Virus record (IMG/VR): IMGVR_UViG_3300045136_000892
DNA: 64,000 nucleotides
Reading direction: 5' to 3' (one strand)
Origin: a virus
Shown here: positions 1 through 9,797 of the stretch, piece by piece
Position numbering within the stretch: the stretch's first letter is position 1
How the letters are laid out: every line of letters starts with the position of its first letter
Notes under the pieces: generated by a model
What the model was told of the DNA's origin: nothing
The model's database searches: none
What the model saw: only the letters and a program-made list of their open reading frames with translations
Program-made: the position numbers and the translations under genes

Positions 1-279
1 CGCTCGCAGAGAGTACGACGAGGCTTTCGACCTCCCATACGACGATCCCGACCGCCTCGATCGCTTTCGGGCCGCGCGGGAGAGGGTTGCCCAGGCCAGA
101 AAGCTCCTCGCCCGTGCGTAGCAAAGTGGAATCCCAGGCCGAAGACACGGCACCGACCGGTTTGCCGCTCCAGCCAGTCGACACCTACACCGACGAGCAG
201 GGCCGGACGATCGCGATCTACCCCGCCAGGTACGCCGAGGGCGGGGGCAAGCAGCCGTTCACGGCCAAGCCGAGGCGTC

Positions 280-639
280 GTGAGTAGCGAGTCGGTCATC
301 GTCACCCAGTGCCTCGAGTGGCTTGCCCTCCGGCGAGTCTTCGCATGGCGGAACAATACTGGGGCCTGCAAGCTGGACGGACGATGGATCCGGTACGGGC
401 ACCCGGGTAGCGGGGACATCCTCGGCATTCTTCCAAGCGGCCTTTTCCTGTCCGTGGAGTGCAAGGCGCCTGCTGGCAGGCAATCCAAGCAGCAGAAGCT
501 ATTCCAGAAAATGATAGAGCGGAATGGCGGCGTGTATATCCTCGCCCGCAGTGCCGGCGAGCTAGAACGGCACCTCGTCGAACACCCACGATTCGCAGCC
601 TTCGGCTTGGACCTCGGGCGGAGGGACGGCCTGAGCTAG
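280..639 (+). CDS. VRR-NUC domain nuclease
   Basis: AWRNNTG...GSGDILG...SVECKAPAGRQSKQQ, a typical phage VRR-NUC PD-(D/E)XK pattern. Confidence 0.85.
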   Translation: MSSESVIVTQCLEWLALRRVFAWRNNTGACKLDGRWIRYGHPGSGDILGILPSGLFLSVECKAPAGRQSKQQKLFQKMIERNGGVYILARSAGELERHLVEHPRFAAFGLDLGRRDGLS

Positions 640-762
640 GCTGCAGAGCCCCCCTTGCCAGTGCCGGCACGTCCCGCATGACTTCTGCGTCTCAATACGT
701 TCGAGAAAAGTCGATAAACTCTTCAGCGCTTGCAGCAGTTCCTGCTTCAGCTTCGGGTCCAT
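562..762 (-). CDS. small Cys-rich phage protein
   Basis: CGTCRHW...C...C motif and DEVPF C-terminus; likely start MDPKLK at 762, overlapping the helicase 3' end. Confidence 0.5.
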   Translation of the reverse strand: MDPKLKQELLQALKSLSTFLERIETQKSCGTCRHWQGGLCSLAQAVPPPEVQAEGCESWVFDEVPF

Positions 763-2377
763 TAACCGTGAATCCCGTGAGGTCATAGCCTGTAATCTCC
801 CAATACTTATCCTGTTGCTTCACCCGGATGCTGAACGGCTTTCGGAGCACGTCCGAATAGTACAAGGCCGTCTCGATCCGGTCCGGCGGCTCGACGCCGG
901 ATCGACGCTTCCACCAGCCGATCGCCTTCGCCCTCGCGAAGCCAGGAGGGTGCTGGAGGCAGATCCACTCGCGGTAGGTCTGGAGACCGCATCGATACTC
1001 GACCCTGAGGCTCGGGATCTTCCCTTCCTTCGAATGCTTGTGGTAAGTAACTGAATCCACGCGCACCCACTCCCCGAGCTCGGTCGGCGGCAGTTCGCCC
1101 AGCGACATCACCTCGGCCGAACTGGCGGTAGTGTCGTGCTTGATCCGCTCCGGAGGCGTGAACAGCTTGCCGCAGTCTGCGCATTCCAGCGAGCCGAGCG
1201 GCGAGGCCATGCGGCAATCCGGGCAAATCAGGCAGGTTTTCTCGTGGGTCTCCCGCTTCCCCCGTGTCCCGGCCGTTCGGGGCGGTTTCACGTGGGTAAT
1301 AGGGCCGTGACGTTCGATGTTTCCCGCGTAGTCCAGCACCAGGCAGTTGGCCTTGCCCGGGTGCAGACGCATCCCCCTCCCGAGGATCTGCGTGTAGAGC
1401 CCCGGTGACGTCGTCGGGCGGAGCAGGACCAGCAGGTCGATGTTCGGGGCGTCGAAGCCGGTAGTGAGCACGTTGGCGTTGGTGACGGCCCGCAGCGTCC
1501 CGGCCTTGAACGCCTTGAGGATGGCGTCCCGATCGGCCGGCGGAGTGTCGCCGGTGACGGTGGCGGCCTCCACTCCTCGCAGGCAGAGGGCCTCGGCGAC
1601 GTGTTCCGCGTGATTGACGCCCGAACAGAAGAACAGCCAAGACTTTCGATCACTAGCGAGGGCGAATACCTCGTCCAGAGCGGCGGCGGTCAGGGCCTCC
1701 TTGTCCATGGCCTCTTCGGTCTGTCTTCGGTCGAATTCGCCGCCAACCAAGTCGACCTTGGACAGGTCGGCCTGTATCTCTGAGGGCCGGGTCCTCAGCG
1801 GGCAGATGTGACCGGCCTCCAGCAACTCTGCCAGGCTGATTTCCACGGCGATGTCCGTGAAAAGCCGCTTCTCCCCCTCGTGCAGCAACCCAGTCCTGAG
1901 CCGATAGGCCGTCGCCGTCAGCCCGACGACCTTAAGGCGGCGGTTCGTCTCCTTCAGCCCGTCGATGAACGCCCGGTACATCGAATCGGAATCAGGCGAG
2001 AGCAGGTGGCATTCGTCGATCAGCACCAGATCGCGCCAGCCGAAGACGTGCGGCTTGCGGTACACCGACTGGATGCTGGCGACGGTGATCGGGTCGCGGG
2101 AGGACTTCTTGCCGAGACCGGCGCAGTACAGCCCGGCGGGTGCCTGGGGCCAGAACGAAACGATCTTGCCGAAGTTCTGCTCCAGAAGCTCCTTGACGTG
2201 GCTGAGGACCATGATCCGCTGGTCGGGCCAGGATTCGAGGATCAGCTTGCAGAGCGCCCCGATGATGACGCTCTTGCCGCTGCCAGTCGGGGCGATGATG
2301 AGCGGGTTGCCGGAGTTATGCTCGAAATACTGGAACAGGCCGTCTATGGCGCGCTGCTGATAGTCCCTGAGCTGCAT
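692..2377 (-). CDS. SF2 DEAD/DEAH-box helicase (RadD/YejH-like) with Zn finger
   Basis: LRDYQ, PTGSGKS, DECH, TAT, QILGRGMR, CPDC..CADC. Confidence 0.93.
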   Translation of the reverse strand: MQLRDYQQRAIDGLFQYFEHNSGNPLIIAPTGSGKSVIIGALCKLILESWPDQRIMVLSHVKELLEQNFGKIVSFWPQAPAGLYCAGLGKKSSRDPITVASIQSVYRKPHVFGWRDLVLIDECHLLSPDSDSMYRAFIDGLKETNRRLKVVGLTATAYRLRTGLLHEGEKRLFTDIAVEISLAELLEAGHICPLRTRPSEIQADLSKVDLVGGEFDRRQTEEAMDKEALTAAALDEVFALASDRKSWLFFCSGVNHAEHVAEALCLRGVEAATVTGDTPPADRDAILKAFKAGTLRAVTNANVLTTGFDAPNIDLLVLLRPTTSPGLYTQILGRGMRLHPGKANCLVLDYAGNIERHGPITHVKPPRTAGTRGKRETHEKTCLICPDCRMASPLGSLECADCGKLFTPPERIKHDTTASSAEVMSLGELPPTELGEWVRVDSVTYHKHSKEGKIPSLRVEYRCGLQTYREWICLQHPPGFARAKAIGWWKRRSGVEPPDRIETALYYSDVLRKPFSIRVKQQDKYWEITGYDLTGFTVNGPEAEAGTAASAEEFIDFSRTY

Positions 2378-2378
2378 A

Positions 2379-2636
2379 CTACATGGATTCGCGAAGCTGG
2401 ATGGTTACCGTATACTGCTTGCCGTTTTCCTTGTTGCGGAACGACTTCTCCCACTGCATTGAATCGGCCGTTGCGAGCTGAGCATAGGCGTTGATCATTT
2501 GCAGCATGAACAGTTTGATGTCCGGCTTGTCCGTGGTCGTCGGCTTGACCGGAGCCGCAGCCTTCTCGTCCAAGCCGAAGAGCTTGTCGAAGAACTCCTG
2601 TGTCCTCCTATCCATGGCATACCTCCCTGAAATCAC
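2379..2636 (-). CDS. hypothetical phage protein
   Basis: ORF in the co-oriented operon; likely start MDRRTQ. Confidence 0.55.
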   Translation of the reverse strand: MISGRYAMDRRTQEFFDKLFGLDEKAAAPVKPTTTDKPDIKLFMLQMINAYAQLATADSMQWEKSFRNKENGKQYTVTIQLRESM

Positions 2637-3336
2637 ACATCTTGCATTTATAGTGTTCGGGCTTCTCCGACATGCGAGCTGGGGCCTCGCTGGCGGATAG
2701 AATCCGCTTGGCCTTGGCTAGCAGGGCCTTGGCCATGGTCGGGTTCGCCTCCGTCCGACAGGCGTCGTGGTCCCGGCCGCCCGGCGTGCAAACGGTCAGG
2801 TAGTGGCGTGTCAGGTCGAGCAGTTCCATGTACACGACTGCCTGGGCGTAATAGACCGGGTCCCAGGCCTGGAGCGTGAGCTTCTCGCCGAGCGAGGCCT
2901 TTAGCTTGCGGAATTCGTCGTACTTCTTCTGACCGACCTGCTTGTGCTCCCAGACATGCGGCGTCTGCGGGGCCTGAAGCAACCCGAGGATGACCCCGTC
3001 CACGTGCCAGCCGAACCGGTCGTCGTACAGCGTGCCGCCGATCTGGCCGCCGGTCGCGTCGTCCACCGTCCACAGCTCGACGCCCGGCACCATCCGCAGC
3101 CGCTCGGCCATGAGCGCCTCGCCACGGTGGCCATCCTCGAAACGCTTGAGGCTGGCGGAGTCGAAGGGCTTGCGGGGAATATCCGGCCTGATCGAGTACC
3201 AGAGCTTCCGCTCGCAGGCATCGCCGATGGCCGAGGCCCCGAGGTAGGAGCGGCGCGGTTCCAGTGCCGCACGCCGCTCCAACTCTCGGTCGATCGCCGC
3301 GAGCGTGGGGTCAACCACTTCGGGGATCAGGGCCAC
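2608..3336 (-). CDS. Cas4-like PD-(D/E)XK exonuclease
   Basis: YLGASAIG..C, HVDG, WEHK, QAVVYM, CKMCDFREVC (4-Cys staple). Confidence 0.85.
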   Translation of the reverse strand: MALIPEVVDPTLAAIDRELERRAALEPRRSYLGASAIGDACERKLWYSIRPDIPRKPFDSASLKRFEDGHRGEALMAERLRMVPGVELWTVDDATGGQIGGTLYDDRFGWHVDGVILGLLQAPQTPHVWEHKQVGQKKYDEFRKLKASLGEKLTLQAWDPVYYAQAVVYMELLDLTRHYLTVCTPGGRDHDACRTEANPTMAKALLAKAKRILSASEAPARMSEKPEHYKCKMCDFREVCHG

Positions 3337-3339
3337 AGG

Positions 3340-3855
3340 CTATTTCCGCGCCCAGGCGGGTGCCGCCTTCGCGGCCGCCGGTGCGGCAGACCCAGTCGCT
3401 GAGACAGCACCCGACGAGGATTCCCCGCCCACAGCCTCAAAGCCCTTGATGACGTTGCGGGGGTTGTAGCCCTCCTTCCGCTCCACATCGACCTTGATCA
3501 TCAGCGGCTTGTTGTGCAACTCACTGGAGTCCTTGACTTTCAGCTTGCCGACCGCGTGGCAGACCGCCGAAAGCTCACGCTGGCCGATCTCCTGGGCCTG
3601 CGGGTTCGTGTTGACGATGTTGAGGTTCGCGAAGATCAGGGCGTCCTTGTGGTCACCCTCGATGACTCGGAAGCTGAGGGTAAGAAGGCGGTCGTGGGCC
3701 TCCGGACCGTTGTATTGAATCGCCTCCTGAGCCTTCTTCGTCGGTTTCACGTCGCTGGCCTCGATGATAGCCTTGTACCAGCCGGGGGGGACCACTTCGC
3801 GGGGTTTGGAGGGTTCTACCTGAGAAGCGTCAAATTCAGCACCTAAGTAAGCCAT
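3340..3855 (-). CDS. DUF669-like ssDNA-binding protein
   Basis: PPGWYKAII..SDVKPTK; position between AAA ATPase and exonuclease; start MAYLGAEF. Confidence 0.75.
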   Translation of the reverse strand: MAYLGAEFDASQVEPSKPREVVPPGWYKAIIEASDVKPTKKAQEAIQYNGPEAHDRLLTLSFRVIEGDHKDALIFANLNIVNTNPQAQEIGQRELSAVCHAVGKLKVKDSSELHNKPLMIKVDVERKEGYNPRNVIKGFEAVGGESSSGAVSATGSAAPAAAKAAPAWARK

Positions 3856-3939
3856 AAGTTCTTCCTTTCGTAAGTTGATCGATGGGTTGTTGGCTGTAGC
3901 GGGGAGCCACCCCAATGGTCGCGGTCAGGCGGCCATGTC

Positions 3940-4725
3940 TTAAGCGGCCTCCACGCCTGCCTCGGACGTTTGAGGCTCAGAGAGGGCGCCGGTTAACGCC
4001 TCGTTGAACGCAGCCCACGAGAACGGCAGCTCCGGCGGGAGGCCGTAGCGGTTGCCGGCCATGAAGGCGGGGCTCTCGACGGTATGCAGCACCCGGTCGC
4101 CCGCGCGGCCCTTCGTGACCTTCTTCTTGAAGCCCACGTCCTTCGCGTCGATGTAGACGTCCTGATTGGCGAACAGGAGGCAGTCCGACCACTCGGTGAG
4201 GATCGCGGCCGACTTCGCGTGCAGCTTCAGCATGTGCCGATCGTAGGAGTCGGTGAGTGGGTTGTCGTAGCGCTTCACCTGGTCGTGAGCGATCAGCAGC
4301 ACGGCCATGCCCTTGTCGTTCCGCAGGGCCGTCAGTCCGTCGAAGAGCTGCTTCCAGAGATTCACGGCAGCCACATACCCCGCCCCGTAGCCGATGTCCT
4401 CGATGGACTTCTTCCCGGCCTCGGCGGCCACCTGCTGGAAGATCAGGGCCTCGAGCCAGTCGGCCGAGTCGATGACGACTGTGGAGAACGGGTGGTCTTG
4501 TGTGTAGAGGGCCTCGACTGCAGCAATCACATCGCCGTAGGACGTCAGTTTGTCCTTCTGTACGCGGGCCACGTTGAGCGCCCCGGAGCCACCCTCGATG
4601 TCGAGGATGATGGCGCCTTCGATGTCGGCGGCGAAGGTCGTCTTGCCAATCTTCGGAGGCCCATACAGCACAAGCCGGGGCGGCAGAATAACGCGGGAAG
4701 GTTTAATTTCGGAGAGGTTTAGCAT
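3940..4725 (-). CDS. AAA_24 / Sak4-like ATPase (recombination)
   Basis: LYGPPKIGKTT, VIDSADWLE, GYGAGY, LIAH; SD AAAGGA before MLNLSE. Confidence 0.88.
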   Translation of the reverse strand: MLNLSEIKPSRVILPPRLVLYGPPKIGKTTFAADIEGAIILDIEGGSGALNVARVQKDKLTSYGDVIAAVEALYTQDHPFSTVVIDSADWLEALIFQQVAAEAGKKSIEDIGYGAGYVAAVNLWKQLFDGLTALRNDKGMAVLLIAHDQVKRYDNPLTDSYDRHMLKLHAKSAAILTEWSDCLLFANQDVYIDAKDVGFKKKVTKGRAGDRVLHTVESPAFMAGNRYGLPPELPFSWAAFNEALTGALSEPQTSEAGVEAA

Positions 4726-4753
4726 TTCGGTTGTCCTTTCATATTCCTGGGAG

Positions 4754-5149
4754 TTAAGCCGCATCTTTCACACTGAAGGCAGGCTTCTTCGGCTTCAGCG
4801 TAAGGGCGGGCTGGATCTTCTTGTAAGCCTCCGGCAAATTGTCGCGCAGATAGCTGATGGCCTTGCCGTCGGGCTTCCAGACGCCGGTGAACGGGAACGG
4901 CACCGAGGCGTCCCAGTCCTGATAAGCGGCGTTGAGTTGCTCCTGCGACCATTCCTCGCTGAACCCCGTGGCGATCTTCATGCCGGAAGGTAGCGTGTGC
5001 GTGCCTTTCTCGGGCAGCTCTGCCTCAACCAGTTCATAGATTTGGGATTCGATAGCGATACGGCGGGCATTGGCTTCGGCTTCTTGCTGCTTTGCCTCTT
5101 TCCATGCCTGAGTGAGGAGTGCTAACTTCTGGTTGGCGTCTTGGTGCAT
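4754..5149 (-). CDS. hypothetical phage protein
   Basis: SD GGAG before ATG 5149; WKEAK..E..AN..R..IE and C-terminal KP.KPAFSV, as in phage replication modules. Confidence 0.65.
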   Translation of the reverse strand: MHQDANQKLALLTQAWKEAKQQEAEANARRIAIESQIYELVEAELPEKGTHTLPSGMKIATGFSEEWSQEQLNAAYQDWDASVPFPFTGVWKPDGKAISYLRDNLPEAYKKIQPALTLKPKKPAFSVKDAA

Positions 5150-5250
5150 AATGGCTCCGTAAGTTCGTTGTTGCATAATTTGGTAATTCGTAGTAAGCAG
5201 GACATTAAATGCGATGTTTTGCAATGTCAAGCGATATTATGCGAGGTGCT

Positions 5251-5460
5251 ATGGAGCTATGGAACGCTAAGCAGACAGCCAAGTTTCTCGGACTGACCTA
5301 CTCACAGCTATGGAGAATCATTGCTGAGGGGCTGCCCCATCCGCCCTATATCGTGGTTGGCGCGCGCAAGCGCTTCGTCCGCTCCGAAGTTGAGCGATGG
5401 GTGCTTGAGAACCAGGTCACCAGCCCTGCGTCCAACTCCGACGGCGGTACCGCAGCATGA
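5251..5460 (+). CDS. HTH DNA-binding protein (excisionase/AlpA-like)
   Basis: WNAKQTAKFLGL...PPYIVVGARKRFVRSEVERW; SD GAGGT. Confidence 0.75.
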   Translation: MELWNAKQTAKFLGLTYSQLWRIIAEGLPHPPYIVVGARKRFVRSEVERWVLENQVTSPASNSDGGTAA

Positions 5461-7634
5461 CCCGTAGCCCCTTTCAGGCCGCAGCACCCGGGCTACGCGC
5501 GCAGGGCTATTCCGTCATCCCTCTGGCGCCGACACAGAAATATCCGACGATCGAGCGTTGGAGCGAGTACTGCTCTCGCCTACCGACCGACGAGGAGCAC
5601 GTCCGCTGGATGGGCTGGGTGGCCTCGAACATAGGCCTTTGCCTGGGAGCGGCTTCCGGCGTCATGGCCCTCGACTTCGACGACGACGTCGACGGGCTGC
5701 ATGCCTCGATTCTGACGGTGATCCCCGATTCGCCGGTCAAGAAGCGCGGGGCCAAGGGCTTCACTGCGTTCTACCGCTACTCCGGCCAGCGGAGCCAGGG
5801 CTACAGCGTCCGCGGCACCCGCGTGCTTGACGTGCTCTCCGACGGGAGGCAGACCGTGCTCCCGCCTTCCCTGCATCCCTCCGGAGGGGCCTACGAGTGG
5901 GTGACGCCCGTGAACCTGAGCATGGTCCGGCCCGACTACCTGCCCGAGATCTCCGCCAGCACCATGCAGATCATCTCCTCGCTGTTCCGACCGGAGCCGG
6001 CACGGGCTGCCCCACGCCAGACCTTCCACGACCCGTATCGCGAGACCGAACTGGCGGACATCGCCGAAGCCCTTCGCTGCATCCCGGCCGACGATTATGA
6101 CGTCTGGATCCGGATGGGCATGGCCCTCCGGCAGCATCTGGGGGACCGCGGCATGGCCCTGTGGGACCAGTGGTCGGCGACAAGCCCGAAATACGACGCC
6201 CGCGAGATCCCGAAGCGGTGGCGGAGCTTCAACCGCTCGGACATCACGATCGCCAGCCTGTTCTACACGGCGATGGACCACGGTTACATCCCCCCGAGGC
6301 GGGGCCACGATCGTCCGGCCGCCCCGTCGGTCACCATTGAGGAGGGCGGCAACCTCCGCCCTTTCGCCATCGGCCGCGTGAGCTATACCCCCGATCACGC
6401 GGCCATTCTGAACCCTCCGGGCCTGGTCGGTAAGATTGCCCGCTGGATCAACGAGACGAGTATCTATCCGCAGCCGATGCTGGCCGTGGCGGCGGCGATC
6501 ACCGCCGCCGGGGCGGTCATGAGCCACAAGGTCCAGTCTCCGACGCGCTTACGGACAAATTTCTACACGATGGGGCTGGCGCCCAGCGGTGCGGGCAAGG
6601 ACCACGCCCGAGACTGCGTGACGACTCTCCTGTGCCGGGCAGGCCTTGAGGGGCTGATCGGCGGCACCCCGGCGAGCGGGGCCGGTCTTCTGACGGCGCT
6701 CCGGGAGGGGGGCGGGAGGTGCCTGGTGCTCTGGGACGAGTTCGGGCGCGTGCTGAAGAACCTGACCCACAAGAACGCCGGCAGCCACCAGCGGGACATC
6801 CTGACTTACCTGATCGAGCTGTTCAGCTCCTCGAAGAGCATGTACGCCGGGGTCCAGTACGCCAACCACGACGGCAAGATGAAGCGCACGCCCATCGACC
6901 AGCCCTGCCTGTCGGTCTACGCGACGACCGTTCCCGAGCGGTTCTTCCAGACGCTGACCTCGGACGACGCTATCGACGGCTTCCTGGCCCGCTGGCTCGT
7001 CCTGGAGAGCAAGGAGTACACCCTCAAGCCGGCCAGGCCCACGGGCGACGTCAACGACCCACCGGAGGAGGTCCTGGCCGAACTGCGGCGATGGAAGGAC
7101 GCCCCGAGCAACTACGACCCGCGTGGCAATGTGGACGGGGTGCTCCGGATAAGCCCGATGGTGGTCAGCTACTCGGAGGAGGCCGAGAAGATCATTGGTT
7201 CCTACAGCGAGGCCATGCGGCGCCGGGCCGCCGAGGAGTCGGCGGCGCGCAGCGGCCTGTCGGCCATCTACGCCCGCTCGGCCGAGCACGCCATCAAGCT
7301 GGCCCTGGTCGCCCACGAGGGCGACACGATCGAGGCGGTGGCCATGAGCTGGGGGATCGCCCTGGCCGACCACTGCGCGGCCTACATGGCCGAAGCGGTG
7401 AAGACCAACGTGGCGGAGAGCGACCACGAGCGAAACCTGAACAGGGTCCTGCAGGTCATCCGGGACGGAAAGGGCAACTGGGTGGACAACCGCACGCTGC
7501 TCCTGCGGACCCGCAACCTCAAGTTCAGGGAACGCAACGAGATCATCGCCGACCTGGTCGAGTCGGGTGACGTCGAGCGGGAGGAGGTCGACGGCAAGAC
7601 CAAGCACTCCTACCGCTACCGGGCATTGCGGTAG
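5457..7634 (+). CDS. bifunctional primase-polymerase / PriCT-2 / DUF3987 helicase-like replication protein
   Basis: NIGL..G...DFD, QTVLPPSLHP, YDVWIRMGMAL..W..WS...KYD, APSGAGKD, WDEFG. Confidence 0.9.
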   Translation: MTRSPFQAAAPGLRAQGYSVIPLAPTQKYPTIERWSEYCSRLPTDEEHVRWMGWVASNIGLCLGAASGVMALDFDDDVDGLHASILTVIPDSPVKKRGAKGFTAFYRYSGQRSQGYSVRGTRVLDVLSDGRQTVLPPSLHPSGGAYEWVTPVNLSMVRPDYLPEISASTMQIISSLFRPEPARAAPRQTFHDPYRETELADIAEALRCIPADDYDVWIRMGMALRQHLGDRGMALWDQWSATSPKYDAREIPKRWRSFNRSDITIASLFYTAMDHGYIPPRRGHDRPAAPSVTIEEGGNLRPFAIGRVSYTPDHAAILNPPGLVGKIARWINETSIYPQPMLAVAAAITAAGAVMSHKVQSPTRLRTNFYTMGLAPSGAGKDHARDCVTTLLCRAGLEGLIGGTPASGAGLLTALREGGGRCLVLWDEFGRVLKNLTHKNAGSHQRDILTYLIELFSSSKSMYAGVQYANHDGKMKRTPIDQPCLSVYATTVPERFFQTLTSDDAIDGFLARWLVLESKEYTLKPARPTGDVNDPPEEVLAELRRWKDAPSNYDPRGNVDGVLRISPMVVSYSEEAEKIIGSYSEAMRRRAAEESAARSGLSAIYARSAEHAIKLALVAHEGDTIEAVAMSWGIALADHCAAYMAEAVKTNVAESDHERNLNRVLQVIRDGKGNWVDNRTLLLRTRNLKFRERNEIIADLVESGDVEREEVDGKTKHSYRYRALR

Positions 7635-7637
7635 CGA

Positions 7638-8027
7638 CTACGGCTCGTCCTCGCCCATCTGCCGGAGCGTCTCCCTCAACCTTTGTATGGCTCGCCACAA
7701 CAGACTCCTCACCGACTGTTCGTGTCGACCGAGATATTGTGCGATGTCTTGAATCGAACGACCTTCCCAGTACCGCAAAAAGATGACGCGCTGTGTTTCG
7801 GAGCGAAGAGGGGGGCTCATCTGCGCGAACGCAGTCTCGAAGAGGTGGGTCAGCGCCTCCCGCTCCCACCATGGCAGCCTCTCCTCGCCCGCCGGCCTCT
7901 TCATCGTCAAGATGAGCCGGGTCCTGGGCGGCAGGGGCCGGAGCCCGAAGGTGATCGAGGCCAGCATCGTCGAGGTCCGAACCAAGCCGCGTGCGGAGGA
8001 CGAATCCGAGGTCTCCCCGGCCGTCAA
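7638..8027 (-). CDS. sigma-70 region 4-like HTH protein
   Basis: QRVIFLRYWEGRSIQDIAQYLG...SVRSLLWRAIQRLR; no region 2 visible; start uncertain. Confidence 0.6.
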   Translation of the reverse strand: MTAGETSDSSSARGLVRTSTMLASITFGLRPLPPRTRLILTMKRPAGEERLPWWEREALTHLFETAFAQMSPPLRSETQRVIFLRYWEGRSIQDIAQYLGRHEQSVRSLLWRAIQRLRETLRQMGEDEP

Positions 8028-8081
8028 TCGGTCTGGCCGGTCAAGGGCCTGACGAGAGCCGGACGATCAGCGAGGCAGAAC

Positions 8082-8116
8082 GGGGCCGCCCTTCGTGGGC
8101 GGCCTTGTTCTTTTTG
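8082..8116 (+). terminator. intrinsic terminator
   Basis: GGGGCCGCCC-TTCGT-GGGCGGCCTT then GTTCTTTTT. Confidence 0.7.
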
Positions 8117-8138
8117 AGCCCGATCTCGTCCTGCGAGG

Positions 8139-8423
8139 ATAAATCGCAAATGTTGCAATTAATCGCACCCTGTTCTGCGATTTATTGGACAGGGCCGACC
8201 CTCTGAATTTTCTCAATATCATTATTATGTTTAATATATAAAATAAATAAATCACATAAATCACATTCCTGCTTCGGTTCCATATTAACCATTAGGGTGG
8301 TATTAGGGGGAAGCAATTGCGATTTATTCGGCCTTCGGAGCCGGCTGTGCATCATTCCCCTTCTGTTTCAATGACATACAGGCAGCAGATAAATCGCAGC
8401 GACTTATTTGGGATGCGATTTAT
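8139..8423. repeat. putative replication origin: ATAAATCGCA iterons around an AT-rich core
   Basis: Exact copies at 8139+, 8176-, 8318-, 8389+, 8414-; one-mismatch copies at 8158, 8247, 8256; AT-rich core ~8207-8265; near the primase gene. Confidence 0.7.
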
Positions 8424-8535
8424 TCAGATGGGGCCCTTCGGTGCGGGCATGTACCGCCATAAATCCTCCGTAAAGAACGGCTTGCGCCCCACCACATCCT
8501 GTGGCAGACTGCCCAAAACCAGCTAGGGGTGGGGT

Positions 8536-9102
8536 ATGCAGGAGCCGGACATCGAGCAGGACGTCGTCACCGATCAGTGGCTCGCGCAGCATGGCATCCG
8601 CATCCCCCGTGCGGCCGGCGTCTTCCAGTCCGAATCCGCCTGGGTGAAGGTGAGCTCGGCGGGTAAGATCATCGCCGCGGGCGAGCGCGACCAGACGGTC
8701 CTCGCCTGGCTGGTGGAAAACGAGACGCTCAGCAGCGCCGACGTCGACTACGGCATCGCCTACGTCACCTGCCGGTCCGCCGAGCGGGCCTACCGGCGGC
8801 AGATGGGCTACAAGTCCAGCCTCGACCTCTCCGTCCTGGCAGGCGGCTCGGGGCTCTCCTGCGAGCAGGCCGCCAAGGTCTTCTGCCTCACCCGCAACGC
8901 CATCGGCCGGGAGAACGTCGCCATCATCGAGTACGCCTGCGACACGATCCGAAGCCCGGACATGCCCGCCAATCACAAGCCCAACTATCGCCGGGCGTTC
9001 TCAGCGCTCGCGAGGGCCTTCGACCAGGCAGTGAAGGACGTGCAGGAGGATCGCGTGAGCGACGAGCCGCAGATTCCGCTTGCAGACAGGATCAACATGT
9101 GA
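8536..9102 (+). CDS. hypothetical protein (position of a late regulator)
   Basis: 188-aa ORF with GC3-rich codons just upstream of a terminator and terS. Confidence 0.6.
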   Translation: MQEPDIEQDVVTDQWLAQHGIRIPRAAGVFQSESAWVKVSSAGKIIAAGERDQTVLAWLVENETLSSADVDYGIAYVTCRSAERAYRRQMGYKSSLDLSVLAGGSGLSCEQAAKVFCLTRNAIGRENVAIIEYACDTIRSPDMPANHKPNYRRAFSALARAFDQAVKDVQEDRVSDEPQIPLADRINM

Positions 9103-9146
9103 TATTCGTAGAATTAGAAAGGCCACCAGTGTGTCCAGATTTTACC

Positions 9147-9168
9147 GCCCGCGCATAGCGGGCTTTTT
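9147..9168 (+). terminator. intrinsic terminator before the late operon
   Basis: GCCCGC-GCATA-GCGGGC-TTTTT. Confidence 0.6.
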
Positions 9169-9174
9169 AGTTTT

Positions 9175-9621
9175 ATGGCCCGGAAATCCAGCTACAGCAC
9201 CAAGATTGCTCAGGAAATCTGCGATCAGATCGCGGGCGGCAAGAGCCTTGTCCGTGTCTGCAAGCAGAAGAAGCTGACCTACAGCACGGTGATGCGATGG
9301 CTAGAGCAATACGAGGATTTCCGCGAGAAGTACGCGCAGGCGCGGGAACTCCAGGCCGATTACCTCGCGGACGAACTGGTCGATATCGCCGATAACGAGA
9401 AGCTTCACCCGGAAGCCCGGCGCATCCGCGTGGACGCCCGCAAGTGGAAGGCGGCCAAGCTCCGGCCGAAGAAATACGGCGACAAGATTCAGCAGGAACT
9501 CACGGGCCCGGACGGCAAGCCGCTTCCTGCGGCCCAGCAGAACACCGTCATCCTGGCCGACCTTCAGGGCAAGTCGCTCGACGAGCTGACCATGCTGTTC
9601 ACCGAGAAGATGAAGGGCTAG
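9175..9621 (+). CDS. terminase small subunit
   Basis: ICDQIAGGKSL..C, FREKYAQARE.QAD, RIRVDARKW.AAKL.PKKYGDK. Confidence 0.9.
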   Translation: MARKSSYSTKIAQEICDQIAGGKSLVRVCKQKKLTYSTVMRWLEQYEDFREKYAQARELQADYLADELVDIADNEKLHPEARRIRVDARKWKAAKLRPKKYGDKIQQELTGPDGKPLPAAQQNTVILADLQGKSLDELTMLFTEKMKG

Positions 9622-9794
9622 CGCCCGAAGATCTCAATCGCTGCCGTGATCGTTCCGGAAGCCATGACCCACCCAAACCAAAGGAGGATGGCGGCGGGGA
9701 AAAGCAATAGGCAGCCGACGGAGAATTGCACGACGCCAAGTCCGAGGGTGAATACGAAGTTTACTCCTTCGGCGAGTCTGCTTGACTTCGGCAT
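9618..9794 (-). CDS. small membrane protein (58 aa, not in ORF track)
   Basis: MPKSSRLAEGVNFVFTLGLGVVQFSVGCLLLFPAAILLWFGWVMASG...; SD AAAGGA. Confidence 0.55.
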   Translation of the reverse strand: MPKSSRLAEGVNFVFTLGLGVVQFSVGCLLLFPAAILLWFGWVMASGTITAAIEIFGR

Positions 9795-9797
9795 AGT

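Noticed and set aside
2608-3336. Cas4-like nuclease as evidence of CRISPR-Cas
   Set aside because: It sits in a standard phage ATPase-SSB-exonuclease-helicase module; no cas1, cas2 or array.
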